Shown here in pieces: positions 23,520-36,489 of a stretch of 64,000 bases of DNA. The notes beneath the pieces were generated by a model. It worked only from the letters and a program-made list of their open reading frames with translations. It was not told the DNA's origin and did not search any database. Source of the DNA: Negaprion brevirostris. Taxonomy: Eukaryota. The stretch is taken from positions 66,004,767-66,068,766 of the forward strand of contig JARDVH010000031.1 in assembly GCA_030324005.1 (NCBI GenBank), read 5' to 3'. The first letter of the stretch is position 1; the number at the start of each line of letters is the position of its first letter. Position numbers and translations under genes: made by a program.

Positions 23520-23660
23520 TGTTTGCAAAATGTTCTCCTGCGTTTTCCAGTCAGCAATTAGCTACTAATACCACGACACGTTATGGTTTATTGATTTATA
23601 AATCAGTATGGAGTCTGACAAAATCTGATTGTGTAACTTCCTTGACTGAATTCCAAAACT
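23520..23660. promoter_or_regulatory. Candidate enhancer with palindromic PBX-HOX-like site
   Basis: Perfect 14-bp palindrome TGATTTATAAATCA at 23592-23605, flanked by TTTATTG, TTATGG and CAATTA. Confidence 0.35.
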
Positions 23661-24314
23661 AAAGCCCCCAAGTTAAAGCATTTCAAACATAGTTTTGCAA
23701 GTTTTCTTGGATGGTAGATAAAAGTGAAATGCCATTAGAATGGGACAGACAATGAGAATCAATTTTCCACTTGACTTTATTAATGCCCTGTGACTCTAGC
23801 AAGAAGATTCAGAGTCAAATGCCAAAGAACGTTACATTCTCACAACTATATCTTTATAAAATTAACATCATTTGCCAGAAGTAGAGATTGTGCGCTAGTT
23901 ATATGTACCTTTAATCAAATTCAGTGCACTAAATTGCAATGACTGTAACACAGAAGCACACTCATTTACCACATTTATGATCTGTAAAGGTTGTAAAATT
24001 ATTTTCATCGTCTTAAGAAAGAGTATTGACCCTACCTTCATCGTAAACCTTTCAATTTCAAGGTCATTCTCATCTTCCACGCTCACGCTTATTTTCATTG
24101 CAAAGAATGTTTGGCCATTAATTAACTTCAGGAAATCAGTTATTTCTGGCTGTGAATATGAACCTATACTTAGTTAATTTCCATTCATATCACCAGAAAA
24201 CTCACACTTATTTATGTTGTCTAAACTAGCAAACTCTGGCTTTTATGTACAGCCTTCCTACATGGTAGCAACCCATTCCGGATTAAGTCCACATATTGAC
24301 ACACCAGATGTCCT

Positions 24315-24428
24315 GGGAGATTCACAGAGTTCCGGCCACAAAACGGGAAGCCCGCGAAACGGGCGCTGCTGATGCCTCCTGCCCCCCTGTACTGCTCAAG
24401 CAGCACAGCAGGCTGGGAGAATCACCTC
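24315..24428. mobile_element. MITE
   Basis: Termini gggagattcac / gagaatcacc; CpG-rich body. Confidence 0.45.
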
Positions 24429-25353
24429 CTCTGATCTTTCAACATGAAATCTTCACACATCATGGGTCAACCAACATAGTTACCACTCAGCAGATTATAC
24501 ATGTCACACATATGGCACACACTGAAGATAAATATGATGTCTAAGGAATGCCATATACTGTGAAGTTGATATTGTGCATCTGCTGCTGATATAGTTGCTG
24601 CCCGTATTGATTAAGTGAATGCTGGGCATTCCTCTGCTGCCAAAAATGACCTCCTCAGGTATCGTGTATCGGGCACCCCACCCCGCTCACCACTGCCTTC
24701 TCAAGCACAATATGGGATTCACTTCATGCCCACATCCCATGAATGAATTTTTTAAAGAATCAGTCTGTGCTGTTTTACATTCTGTCCAATCCTTTGACCT
24801 GCTTCCAATCTTCACAGAATTAGCACTTTTCTTTCAATTTGATACTCTGGCATAGTGTCAGGTGCGGTTAGAAAACCCTTCAGAGAGGTTTTCCAAAGAG
24901 GTCTTCCAGCAGTTAGTCATTTTTTTGAAAGGAGTGGTTGTGTTTTATTCTGCAACTGCAGGGCCGAGGCCTAAAGACACTGGCAGGTCTGGCAGATTGA
25001 ATTTAAAGACCCTCCCCCACACGGACATCATGAACCCTCTCCCCCATCCCTTTGATTGGTGGCACATTCCCTGCCTGTCCCCCAAACAATAGATTGCTGG
25101 CAGGAACAATGTTCCACCTACTTCCCCCCACCCCCCGAACATAGATCTCTGGCATTGGAACCCTGTCAACTGATCACTCTGTAGGCCCCACTAGCTTCAG
25201 GCTCCCACCACCTTCGGAACACCACCCCCTTTCAGTGCTAGGCTTTCAAATCAATCAGTACATTTGAGAATATAACAATTGCTGCATTAAAAGCCTCCAA
25301 ATTTTCCCTCTGCTTCCTTTACAATTGTCTCAAAGCTGTGTACCCTGGTTATT

Positions 25354-25655
25354 AAAGTTAGAAAAGTTAATGTTTATTTATTAGTTACAAGTAGGCTTAC
25401 ATTAACACTGCAATGAAGATACCGTGAAAATCCTCTAGTCACCGCACTCCTGTTCCAGTACACTGAGGGGGAATTTAGCATGGCCAATCTTCACATTTTA
25501 GGACTGTGGGAGGAAACCGGAGCACCCGGAGGAAATTCACGCAGACGTGGGGAGAAAGTGCAGACTCCGCACAGACAGTGACCCAAGCCAAGAATCAAGC
25601 CTGGGTCCCTGGCACTGTGAGGCAGCAGTGCTAACCATGTGTCACCATGCCGCCC
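25354..25655 (-). mobile_element. HE1-like V-SINE, tail B
   Basis: Head, V-core and reversed tail acaagtaggcttacattaacactgcaatgaag. Confidence 0.9.
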
Positions 25656-27179
25656 TATTATTCACCCACGGGTGGTAGAAGTAGCTGTGTAATGAATTGG
25701 CCTTGCCAGTGTCACCCATATCTCCTGTGTAAGTTAATAAAAATATTTCCTCCTACTACTATAAGGGAAGGGTACAAAAAATTGAACAAATTTAGATAAT
25801 AGTGCAATGTTTTGACTCTCAAAAATGAATAGGCTCAATAACTCATGAGACTAGGACATAAAAGCAGCCTCTACTGATCTCCAATTGACAAAGTCAGTTT
25901 TCAATTATGGTATTTTTAAATATCTTAAGCAAGTGGTTCTTCTCATTCCATTAGAACAAGGAAATCTGTTTACAATTTATCAGTTAAGCATGAACATCCT
26001 TGTCTTGTAGATAAGGTATCATGATATTTGAACAGTACCTAATTCAAACACTTCCCTTGGTATTTCCAGATGTAAAGCATTCCGCCTATGACATAGCCTT
26101 GGGCAGCACACAGAATTTTAGAAATGCATAATCTAGGGTTCATAAACTTTGCTGCAAAGTGCCTTGAGCAGTCTTCACGGATATAACATGAAATGTCAGA
26201 ATTTCCATTTCTCCAATCAAATGCATTTTATTTAACATTGAAATGTTATTTAATAGTGTGAGCAGGGGAAGGTTATTTGTAACTACAGCTGAGTAAATAA
26301 TACAGTTTCCTCCATGGACAGCCTTTGAAATATGTGAGGCATGCAGAGTCTCGGAAACACAAATTGCATGAAAAAGATCAATCTTGCCTTTCTGAAATAG
26401 AATGAACTGGGAAGGTTATTGATGAAACAGTTCTCACACTTGGCATTATTCCCATGTACAGAACATGCTATTACCTCAAAGATGCTTTTACTATGGAATT
26501 GGCACCCAAAACATTTTTTTTTCAAATCGCAACATGCCAGGAGGTAATACAACTACATATAGATTCCTGTTAAACACTGACTTTGTACATCATTACAACC
26601 TTTCCCTTAAGCACATTCTAAACAACTGAACATCAGGTAATTGAAAAAATTAAAAATGCAGCCATCATGAGGTCTCTGGCAATTAAAACACTAGAAACTA
26701 AGCTTGCATTTACATCATAACTACCAGTTTTAGACCAACAGCTGTAAAATGTTATGTGCAGCCAATAGACTGGCATTATATTGTCCACTGTGCCTCACTG
26801 CATTAAAATATAATGTGGAAGTTTCTGTGTGGATGTATGCAAAAAATCTTTACTCCACAGGTGGCTAATTTTTAATGCCAACAATGGGATCATGGGAACA
26901 CCCATACTTGGAGACCATTTAACATCTTGAAGAATGAGTTTATAGAGCACCCAAGAACCTAACCCAGTGGAAATTTTAGAATCTAATGATGTATCAAGCT
27001 GCAGTTATACAGCACTGAAGGAGGTTCACACAGCTTGGATTTAGTGTGCCCAGAAATCAGAATGGGATCTCGTTGCCAACGTAATATACTCACTTCTAGG
27101 TTGTTACGTGCCCAAAGTCACTTTGTATTGGCACAATATGGCAGTATAACTGCACCATGGGATTTTGGGTAATATCAAA

Positions 27180-27700
27180 TCATAGGATAATCTACAATGC
27201 AGAAGGAGGCCATTCAGCCCATCAAGGTTTCACCTAATACCTAAAAAATTACCTCCTCCAGGCCCCCTGCCCCATCGTATCCCCATGACACCACGCATTT
27301 ATCATGGCTAATCCACCAACCTACTCATCATCATAGAATCCCTACAGTGCAGAAGGAGGGCATTCAGCCCATCGAGACTGCATCAACAACAATCTCACCC
27401 AGACCCTATCCCCATAATGGCTCATATTTACCCTGTTAGCCCCCTGACACTAAAGGCAATTTAGTATGGCCAATCAACTTAACTCGCACATCTTTGGACC
27501 ATGGGATGAAACTGGAGCACCTGGAAGAAACCCACATAGACATGGGGACAACATGCAAACTCCACACAGTCAACTACCTGAGGCTGGAATTGAATCCGGA
27601 TCCTGATGCTGTGAGGCAGGGGTGCTAACCACTGTGCCGCCCACTTCTTGGGACACTAAGAGACAATTCACCATGGCCAATCCACCGAGCCTGCACATTG
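27180..27700 (-). mobile_element. Nested HE1-like SINEs: full copy (about 27328-27642) inside a 5'-truncated copy
   Basis: Outer copy runs 27180-27327 and resumes at 27643-27699 (gggacactaagagacaattcaccatggccaatcc). Confidence 0.8.
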
Positions 27701-28651
27701 CTGAATGATATTGGACCATTTCCCAGAGACACAGACTACTATGTTGAATCAATGATTTGTGATGCTGACTTAGCATTTGTTAAAACAATTCTAATTATAA
27801 TGTAACACAAAATATATGACACTAAGAAAGGAACCAATATAAAAGTTGAATCGGAATTAAGCTGAAGTTATGTATTTCACGATTAAAATTTACTGTTTAA
27901 AAACGTTGTGTGAACTTTATCAGAGCTTCTGGCATTTGCTGATTCTTTTTTCTGTACGTGAATTTTGCCTGGACTATCACTGGTGCATTAAAAAGTTTCT
28001 GAATAGAGCATTAAAGATCATCCTGAAGTAGAAGATATATACTTTCCACTATTTGTAGAGAAATTGAAGACATATTGTTAATGAATATTTAAACTTTCAC
28101 TATTAAAAATGCACAGAAGAAGTCTTCCCCATACAAGATGAATGTCATGATATACGCAGCTCATCCACTGTTAAGCTAAAGCAAACACTCAAATGTAAGG
28201 AATATGAGCTATGAAATTAGCAATTAGAAAACTAAAATCCTAAAGAGTTCCACTTCCCCTCTCCATTTTTTAAAATCCCATTTTCCTTTTCCTATTTGAT
28301 TAAGGTTTATTTTCCTGACCCTCCCCCCTCCCCACCCCTACAATGCCATATTCCCTCAGTGCAAACATAAAATAAATAGAGTGGGAACCTGTTAGCACCT
28401 CTGTTTAGGATTACCAGTCCTCCAGGATTGTTCCAGAGTCTCCAGGGATTAACGATCAATTGTCAGGACAGAGTTGTGTCCAACCCTAGAGAAAAAAACC
28501 ATTGGGACATTAAAAAAGATTGTTTTTTTTTTGTCATTTTCTTTGAACATTTCTTTTTACCAGATATAAAGATATTGGGAATGGCAGGTAGAAAAGTGCT
28601 GTTTGGCTGACAGTCAAGCATTATCCAATTGGTTGATGAGTCTTTATGTTT

Positions 28652-29309
28652 CACAGTGGCACAATGGCTAGCACTGCTGCCTCACAGCTCCAGGGACCTG
28701 GGTTCAATTCCAGCTTTGGGTGCCTGTCTGTTTTGCACATTCTCCCTGTGTCTGAGTGGGTTTGATTTGATTTTATTATTGTCACATGTATAAGTATTCA
28801 GGGAAAAGTATTGTTTCTTGCACGCTGTACAGACAAAGCATACCATACATAGAGGAGAAAAGGAGAGAGTGCAAAAAGTAGTGTTACAGTCATAGCCAGC
28901 ATGTAGAGAAAGATCAACTTTGTGCGAGGTAAGTCCATTCAAAAGCCTGATGGCAGCAGGGAAGATGTTGTTCTTGAGTCAGTTGGTACATGTCCTCAGA
29001 CTTTTGTATCTTTGTCCCGATGGCAGGAGGTGGAAGAGAGTATATCTGGGGTGCGTGGGGTCCTTAATTATTTGGATACCACTCTGGGTGCTCCAGTTTC
29101 CCCCCACATTCCAAAGATGTGCAGGATATGTGGATTGGACATACTAAATTGCCTCTTAGTATCCTAAAATGTGTAGATTAGATGAGATTAACCATGGTAA
29201 ATGTGTGGGATTACAGGGATAGGGTGGGGGGAAAAGCCTGGGTAAGATACTCTGTCAAAGAGCCAGTGCAGACTCAATGGGCTAAATGGCCTCCCCTGCC
29301 ATGATTCTA
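28652..29309 (+). mobile_element. HE1-like V-SINE split by a Rex1 insertion
   Basis: Head to gtgggttt at about 28763, resumes ctctgggtgctccagtttc at about 29082. Confidence 0.85.
28761..29071 (-). mobile_element. Rex1/Babar-clade LINE 3' end
   Basis: Minus translates IIKDPTHPRYTLFHLLPSGQRYKSLRTCTN*LKNNIFPAAIRLLNG, the Rex1 ORF2 C-terminal motif; (AAATC)n tail. Confidence 0.85.
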
Positions 29310-29879
29310 ATTTGTGTCAGAAGGCTGTGCATCACAAGACTGGAGTGTGTAGGCGAGCCACGTGATAAAACCTTCAGAGATACATCAAGTCAGAGATGGA
29401 AGCCTTACCCTTGTCCCTTTTACTTTACTCCACAATTTTCAAGGTTCCCTTGAAGGCCAGCTCTGAATTTCAAAGACATTAATGTTGCCTCCTTCCTCAA
29501 TATCTGACTTGCGAGACAACGAAAAGTGGTGTTGGACTTCTCTGGAGGATCTGAGAGGGTGTAGCAGGGAACCAAAGAGGAGCCCAAGAAGTATTTTTTT
29601 TTTAAATTGCCTTAGTGGATCTTCCTGAATTTTGTCATGAATTAATGCCACAGATGTACTCTAATTTTGCCCCAACCAAACCGTAATTCTGCATGCTGTT
29701 AAAGAAACTCCACCATTCCTGGGCCTGTGTGGGTAAAGCTCACTTTGATTGCACTCCAGTGTCAAAACAGCTGTAGCCTGGAGAATCAGTCCCATTATAT
29801 TTAAGAGAATGTAAAATGTAATGGGCTATTTGTTATTTAAAGTAATCCCTCTTTCGTTATATTATTAAGATACAAGCAG

Positions 29880-30265
29880 AAAGTTACAACAGGACATTGA
29901 TAAATTCACTCAGTGAGCAAAACTGTGGTAGATGGAGTTCAATTTAGAGAAATGTGAAGTTATTCCCTATGGATCTGAAAAGGTGGATTTGAATGTTTAT
30001 TAAATGGTGAAAAGCTAGAAACTGTGGAGAGACAAATAGGTTTGAAGGTTAATAAGTGGAAATTGCTAAAGGCTAGTGAATAGATACCAAAATAACTAGA
30101 AAAACAAAAGGAATGTTGACATTTCCCTCAAGATGGATGGAATTCAAAAGTTGAAACTCATACTGCGGTTGTATAAAATTCTGGACGAATCCCATCTGTG
30201 GGTTCCACTCTGGGCAGCACATCTCAGGGAGGAGATATTGGCCTTGGTAGAGGGGCAGCACATAA
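29880..30265 (+). mobile_element. Older CR1 ORF2 fragment
   Basis: ttacaacaggacattgataaa...tggtagatggagttcaatttagagaaatgtgaag (LQ-DID, W-MEFN-EKCEV). Confidence 0.7.
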
Positions 30266-30267
30266 TC

Positions 30268-31005
30268 ATAGTAATAAGTGCGAGGTGATTCATTTTGGTA
30301 GGGCAAACTTGAATGTGGATTACAGGGTCAACAGCAGGGTTCTGAGGAATGTGGAGGAACAGAGGGACCTTGGGGTTCATATCCACAGATCTCTGAAGGT
30401 TGCCACTCAAATGGATAGAGTGTTTATTAACGGGGGGTTGAGTTTAGGAGCCGTGGGGTTAAGCTGCAACTATACAGGACCTTGGTGAGACCACATTTGG
30501 AATATTGTGTGCAGTCTCTGATCACCTCACTATGAGAAGGATGTGGAAGCATTGGAAAGAGTGCGGAGCAGATTTACCAGGATGCTGCCTGGTTTGGAGG
30601 GTAGGTCTTATGAGGAAAGGCTGAGGAAGTTGGGGCTTTTCTCTTTAGAGTGGAAGAGGATGAGAGGCAACTTAATAGAGGTTTATAAAATGATGAGAGG
30701 GAGAGATAGAGTGGAGATTTAGAGACTACTTCCTCGGGTGGATGTAGCTGTTACTAGGAGGCATAACTACAAGGTTCATGGTGGGAGATATAGGAGGAAT
30801 GTCAGAGGTAGGTTCTTTACTCAGAGTGGTTGGGGTATGGGATGGACTGCCTGCTATGATGGTGAAGTCAGACACTTTAGGAACTTTCAAGCAGTTACTG
30901 GATAGGCACATGGAGCACACCAGAATGATAGAGAGTGGGATAGCTCGGAAAAGCTCTGCACAACATCGAGGGCTGAAGGTCCTGTACTGTGCTGTACGGT
31001 TCTAC
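30268..31005 (+). mobile_element. Younger CR1/HER1-like LINE 3' fragment
   Basis: NKCEVIHFGRANLNVDYRVN..VEEQRDLGVHIHRSLKVATQ; LVRPHLEYCVQ; 3' tail gtactgtgctgtacggttcta. Confidence 0.9.
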
Positions 31006-31149
31006 ATTAACTGTGGAATTGAGTGGATGCAGGCAATTAAATCTCCTAAAAATGTGTGTAATTTGTGACCCCATTGTTATCCTTCCCACTTCTGAATGTC
31101 ACTGTTTCACCAAATGTTCTGGCTTTGATCACCAGCGCACCTATCCCCG

Positions 31150-31660
31150 AGCTATCAGCAACTCATTAGGGTCAACTAGGCGACTGCCTCTTCAGCAAAA
31201 CTGACAGCCTGAGAAGGCTTTGAACAGTGAAACTGAAGAACTCCACGTATCGCCAAGCTGCTGCTCACAGCATTCTTTCTCAGCACGTGCTTTCACAGCT
31301 TGGCACCTTATGGAAGGCATTTCACCTGTTCTACATTTCACTCCGTTTGAACTTCACTTTTCTCCAGTCGGCCTTCACCGTGGGATCACCCTGTGCAGTT
31401 CCACTTCCCACATGTGAGGAGGAACAAGAGGAACAGCACCAAAAATACCAGGAGCAAGAGTGGTGCCAGTTACAGCTCTAGCTGGCTTCTCCACGGTCAC
31501 ATACTGCTTCACAAGACGGAAAGAACAGACTCAGAAACCTAATTTCAAAGAAGCAAAACCCCCCAATACAGGGCCTACAAGCAGAAAGGATCATCTTTTT
31601 TGACCTGTCTGAGCACCAAGTTTGGGTTCTTATGACACCTCTCTGCTGATATCTGCAGCC
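31150..31660 (+). mobile_element. Harbinger-like fragment (transposase N-terminus)
   Basis: Acidic/Gln run EEEQEEQHQ followed by agggcctacaagcag...tttgacctgtctgagcaccaa (cf. RVYR-R-SFLDLSEEQ). Confidence 0.45.
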
Positions 31661-32174
31661 TTCGGGAACAAGAACCCCTTTGTAGTAGACCAGACATTGC
31701 CTGTGACTATCAATCATTTCTGTGAAGTTGCTGGGTTGTATGGAAAAGACAACCAAGGACGAACAACTTAACATGGTTTCCTTAGAGTCTCTTGGCAGCT
31801 CTTACATGCTGAGTGTGTGGTCATACGGGGAAGAACCCTTGCCCGACTAGCTTGTCACTTTCTGTGTACAAGTCATCATAATATACACATGAACACACAA
31901 TTGACAATTAGTTTCCATTGAAGTCACTGAAACAGGCATTTGTGCATTTTACACCATTGCACAAAGATCTAGCACAGTCTGCTGTTTCACCTCCAGCCCA
32001 TAATAACCACAGCGGGACTCCAGGCTGACCAACAGCCTGCATCAAGTCTAAGCCTCCTTGAAGCATATTTCACTGAATATTCTGGTAATTATCTGCCAAG
32101 CAGACCAAGACTGTGTACTATATCACATCTTGCTACATCATCATGAACTTCAAAGGAGTTCTGCAACACTGAGA

Positions 32175-32242
32175 TGCTCTGATAGAGAGTCAGTGCAGGC
32201 CTGATGGGCCAAATGACTTCCTTCTGCACTGTTGGGATTCTA
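32175..32242 (+). mobile_element. HE1-like SINE 3' remnant
   Basis: agtcagtgcaggcctgatgggccaaatgacttccttctgcactgttgggattcta. Confidence 0.7.
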
Positions 32243-32809
32243 ACTCCTCTGTGATAGGAATCTTCACTGAACTCTGACATTTCAGACTCTGGCAGTCAGT
32301 TTAATTGATATCCATGTCTATGGTCCTTTTGAGTCATAGTTGCAAAAATCTCATCTTTTCTATCCTCTTATAGTATGCTTGGGTGTGTGTATGAAGTTAA
32401 GACCATCCCCCAGGTTCAAATGTATGAATAAATTATAATTCTGATTTAACCTTTAAAAATTGACATCACAAATAGAGGGTTTGAGGAAACACAGCACAGC
32501 CTATTTCAAACTGTTATGGGCAGACAGCAAGAGAATGAAGGAGTTCAGTTTCACTATTCTCCCCTGTCCACAACATAGGTATGAGATACTTGTCACCTGT
32601 GAACATGAGAACAAGGACTTGTGTGGACAGGCAAATTGACTATAACACCTTCAGGAAGCCATTCAAGTGAGGGAAGTGAAGAGACGTGTAGTAGTAATAG
32701 GAGCTAGANNNNNNNNNNNNNNNNNNNNNNNNNNNNNNNNNNNNNNNNNNNNNNNNNNNNNNNNNNNNNNNNNNNNNNNNNNNNNNNNNNNNNNNNNNNN
32801 NNNNNNNNA

Positions 32810-33265
32810 CTTTCAAGCGGTTATTGGATAGGCACATGGAGCACACCAGAATGATAGGGAGTGGGATAGCTTGATCTTGGGTTTCAACATAGCTCGGCAC
32901 AATATCGAAGGCCAACGGGCCTGTACTGTGTTCAATGTTCTACAGTTCAATTATGAGATTGGTTGGAGGACTAACCTCATTTTCTTTTGAGTATAGAAGA
33001 TTAAGGGGCGAACTAATTGTGTCATTTTAAATGATTAAAGAATTTGAAAGGGTGGATGAAAATAATTTTTTTCTCTGGTGGGGAAATCCAAAATCAGAAG
33101 GGCATAACCCTAGGGGCGTAACCCTAGAGCTAGGTCATTCAGAGGTAATGTCAAGAAATATATTATTCTGCACAATGGGTTGTACAAATCAGGAAATTTC
33201 CCACTCAAGAAGCTGTTGAAGCTCAGTCAAATTAAAAAGTGAGATAGTTGACTTCTGTTAGGCAC
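32810..33265 (+). mobile_element. CR1 3' end (32810-32945) followed by an older CR1 fragment
   Basis: ctttcaagcggttattggataggcacatggagcacaccag also at 35764 and nearly so at 30884; then agaagattaaggggcgaactaatt (RRLRG-LI). Confidence 0.8.
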
Positions 33266-33271
33266 CTTGTG

Positions 33272-33607
33272 TGGGTAGCATGGTGGCAATGGGTGGCACT
33301 GTAGTACAGTGGTTTGCACTGCTGCCTCACAGCGCCAAGTACCTGAGTTCAATTACAGCCCTGGGTCACTGTCTGTTTGGAGTTTGTACATTCTTCCCAT
33401 GTCTGCATGGTTTTCCTCCGTGTGCTCTGGTTTCCTCCAACAATCCAACGATGTGTGGGTAAGGTTGATTGGCCGTGCTACATTGCCACTTAGTGTCAGG
33501 GGGGCCAGCAGGATAAATACATGGGGTTATGGTCTTGGGTCAGATTGTTGTCACTGCAGGCTTGATGGGCCAAATGGCCTCCTTCTGTAGCGTAGGGATT
33601 CTATGAT
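33272..33607 (+). mobile_element. HE1-like V-SINE
   Basis: Head, V-core and gtagggattctatga tail. Confidence 0.9.
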
Positions 33608-33779
33608 AACATTTGAAGTGATAGGGAACAAAGGAAGGTATCTGAAGTACGACTATAGACCAGTTTGTGGATGTACCTCGCCAGATCGTGTGTCATCTGC
33701 AGAGCTGTGAGGGTGAAGCAATATTTGAATGTATTTTAGGTACATTTAGGTACAGTTTGGAAGCCCTTCAAATTAGATT

Positions 33780-34240
33780 TTTTTTAAAAAGGTACATGCC
33801 TAATTAGCAATAAAGATTGTGTAAAGGTGATAATTAAGTTCAAATTGGCATTTGCACTTTTTGGTAGAGCAAGATATCGCCTCTGCTCAGTTAATTAATG
33901 GCAAGATTCCTTTGGGCACATACATCAGCAGCATCTTTGATGTCACGCTAGGTACGTTCTATCATTCGTAAGTGAGCCTAAGCTTCTTTCTCGGGGGTTC
34001 CACCTGCTCCTCACCAGAATTAGCAGACACCTACCTCCAGGACAGTTATCTGGATCAAGCATTGTAATCTCATTAGTATCCTTTGCCCTGTTTGATTCTC
34101 ACAGCATCCCCCCTCCCCCCACCATGGTTTTCACATTCTCCAACAGGGATAAAGAAAATCGAGCTCTTTAATTCATCAAGCTGGAAGCACCTTGCTGCTA
34201 ATCAAAACGGTCATATTTTTATTAGAAATTAAAAACATAG
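33780..34240. promoter_or_regulatory. Candidate conserved non-coding element or enhancer
   Basis: Unique sequence with TAATTA at 33801 and 33831, TTAATTAA at 33891, TCF/LEF CTTTGAT at 33935, TAATCTCATTAG. Confidence 0.4.
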
Positions 34241-34289
34241 TTTTCAACTGATTTCCTTGGGCTACAGTTTTCACTTCTTCTGCTCAAAA

Positions 34290-34440
34290 TCCAGGGTTGA
34301 ATCATGAGGAAGATACTTGGATTGAAAAGTTTACGTTATGAGGACAGGTTGCAAAAAGCGTATTTGTATTCCCTCTACTTCAGAGAGCTGAGGGATGATC
34401 AAATTGAGGTGTTTAAGAAGATAAAATTATTTGATAAGTG
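34290..34440 (+). mobile_element. CR1 ORF2 fragment
   Basis: GLKSLRYEDRLQKAYLYSLYFRELRDDQIEVFK. Confidence 0.75.
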
Positions 34441-34447
34441 TTGCATG

Positions 34448-34650
34448 GAGTGGCACAGTGACACGGTGGTTAGCCCTGCTGCCTCACAACACATGGGAAC
34501 TGGGTATACTTCTGGCCTTGGGCAACTATGTGAAGTTTGTATGTTTTCTCTGTGTCTGGGTGGGTTTCCTCCTGGTGCTCCAATTTCCTCGCACAGTACA
34601 ATGATGTGCAGGATAGGTGGATTGACCATGCTAAATTGATCCTTGGTGCC
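34448..34650 (+). mobile_element. HE1-like V-SINE, 3' part interrupted
   Basis: Head and V-core up to ctaaattgatccttggtgcc. Confidence 0.85.
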
Positions 34651-35130
34651 CTATTTTACCATTTTGATTCTAAGTACTGAATCTGGATGTGATCTAGATC
34701 CAACTTGTAAACCCTGTTCTCTGGCGCCTCCACACGCACTCAGCCAGAAGAAAAAGTCACAAATCTGAATTGCGCTATGGGTGAGGCTTATCGCGCCCAA
34801 AACACTGCTGCTCTGATCAGAGCCTTCAACTGTGCATGCGGATTAAAAAAGAATTTGAAATGCCCCCCGGGCCGCAAAAAAGTGCAAAAAGCAGCCCGGG
34901 AGCAATGGCCCCCACAGACATCGCCCCACTCCCACAACCTAACTGTCCACACACCCCTCGCCTCACTACCCAGACCGATTGTGACTCCCCCTGCCCTGCT
35001 TTCCCCCCATTGATCGCCCACAGAGTGGCAGAGGACCACCCTCTGCCCTTGCACCCCCTACCAGAGATCCATCTGGCTCTCCTCCATCCCCCCCCCTCCA
35101 CCAGAGAACGATCTGGCCTCCCTCCTCCCT
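34648..35130. mobile_element. Non-autonomous Harbinger-like element, runs into gap
   Basis: gccctattttaccattttgattctaagtactgaatctgg... colinear with 48388-48590; C-rich degenerate tandem interior. Confidence 0.6.
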
Positions 35131-35572
35131 NNNNNNNNNNNNNNNNNNNNNNNNNNNNNNNNNNNNNNNNNNNNNNNNNNNNNNNNNNNNNNNNNNNNNN
35201 NNNNNNNNNNNNNNNNNNNNNNNNNNNNNNNNNNNNNNNNNNNNNNNNNNNNNNNNNNNNNNNNNNNNNNNNNNNNNNNNNNNNNNNNNNNNNNNNNNNN
35301 NNNNNNNNNNNNNNNNNNNNNNNNNNNNNNNNNNNNNNNNNNNNNNNNNNNNNNNNNNNNNNNNNNNNNNNNNNNNNNNNNNNNNNNNNNNNNNNNNNNN
35401 NNNNNNNNNNNNNNNNNNNNNNNNNNNNNNNNNNNNNNNNNNNNNNNNNNNNNNNNNNNNNNNNNNNNNNNNNNNNNNNNNNNNNNNNNNNNNNNNNNNN
35501 NNNNNNNNNNNNNNNNNNNNNNNNNNNNNNNNNNNNNNNNNNNNNNNNNNNNNNNNNNNNNNNNNNNNNNNN

Positions 35573-35902
35573 GCGACTTAATGGAGGTTTATAAGATGAT
35601 GAGGAGGATAGATAGAGTGGACGTGCAAAGACTATTTCCTTGGGTGGATGTAGCTGTTACTAGGGGGCATAAGGGATGTCTGAGGTAGATTCTTTACTCA
35701 GAGAGTGGTTGGGATGTGGAATGCACTACCTGCTGTGATAGTGGAGTCGGATATTTTGGGAACTTTCAAGCGGTTATTGGATAGGCACATGGAGCACACC
35801 AGAATGATTGGGAGTGGGATAGCTTGATTTTGGGTTTGGACATAGCACGGCACAACATCGAGGCTGAAGGGCCTGTACTGTGCTGTACTGTTCTATGTTC
35901 TA
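35573..35902 (+). mobile_element. CR1/HER1-like LINE 3' end
   Basis: Near-identical to 30667-31005; tail ttctatgttcta. Confidence 0.9.
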
Positions 35903-36489
35903 TATAGTGTAGAAAAATGCTGGAAAAGTCAGAGTTTGGGGTTTGGCACCTAAAATTGTTACAGCAACCACTGTGGCATTCCTTCCTGCGAGATCCTAAA
36001 TGCTCTTGATGCACTGTCTCCAGCTTGGATGGAACAGAAGATTTCCTTGGGGGTTCTCACCCTACTGGAGTCCCTCAAATCCCACAGCAGGTGGTCCAAG
36101 TATGAGTGAGAAATCCAGGGTGCAGCCTTCACAGTTCTCCCATCCATTTCTTTGATTGCTGCAACCTCCAAAATCCATGTGCAGATGTACTTTTCAGAAA
36201 CATTAATCTTTTAATTGCAAAGAATGAAGGTGTTATTCCACCCCTTCCTCCTTAATTGCTCAGAGACCATGGAAATGAGCTGATAATTGGTTTATTCTGG
36301 TAAAAAAAACAACTATAGAATGCATTTTGCAAGAGTCAGGTTCCTGAAAATTGTTCCACTATTCTGTCAAGAGACTAAGGCAGAAGATTCTCCCCCTACA
36401 TTCAGAGATATTCCTGAGCTTTTTCTTTAGGTGTGAGGAGTTAAGTCAAAGAGTTGTTCTGTCTGAGGGAAACCCTAAGGCGTTGCACT

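Noticed and set aside
24036-24098. MKISVSVEDENDLEIERFTMK followed by a GTAGG donor-like site
   Set aside because: Could be an alternative first exon, but there is no promoter evidence or homology
26475-26552. Cys-rich minus segment LYYLLACCDLKKKCFGCQFHSKSIFE with GTAATA donor
   Set aside because: Poor acceptor and no recognisable zinc-finger spacing
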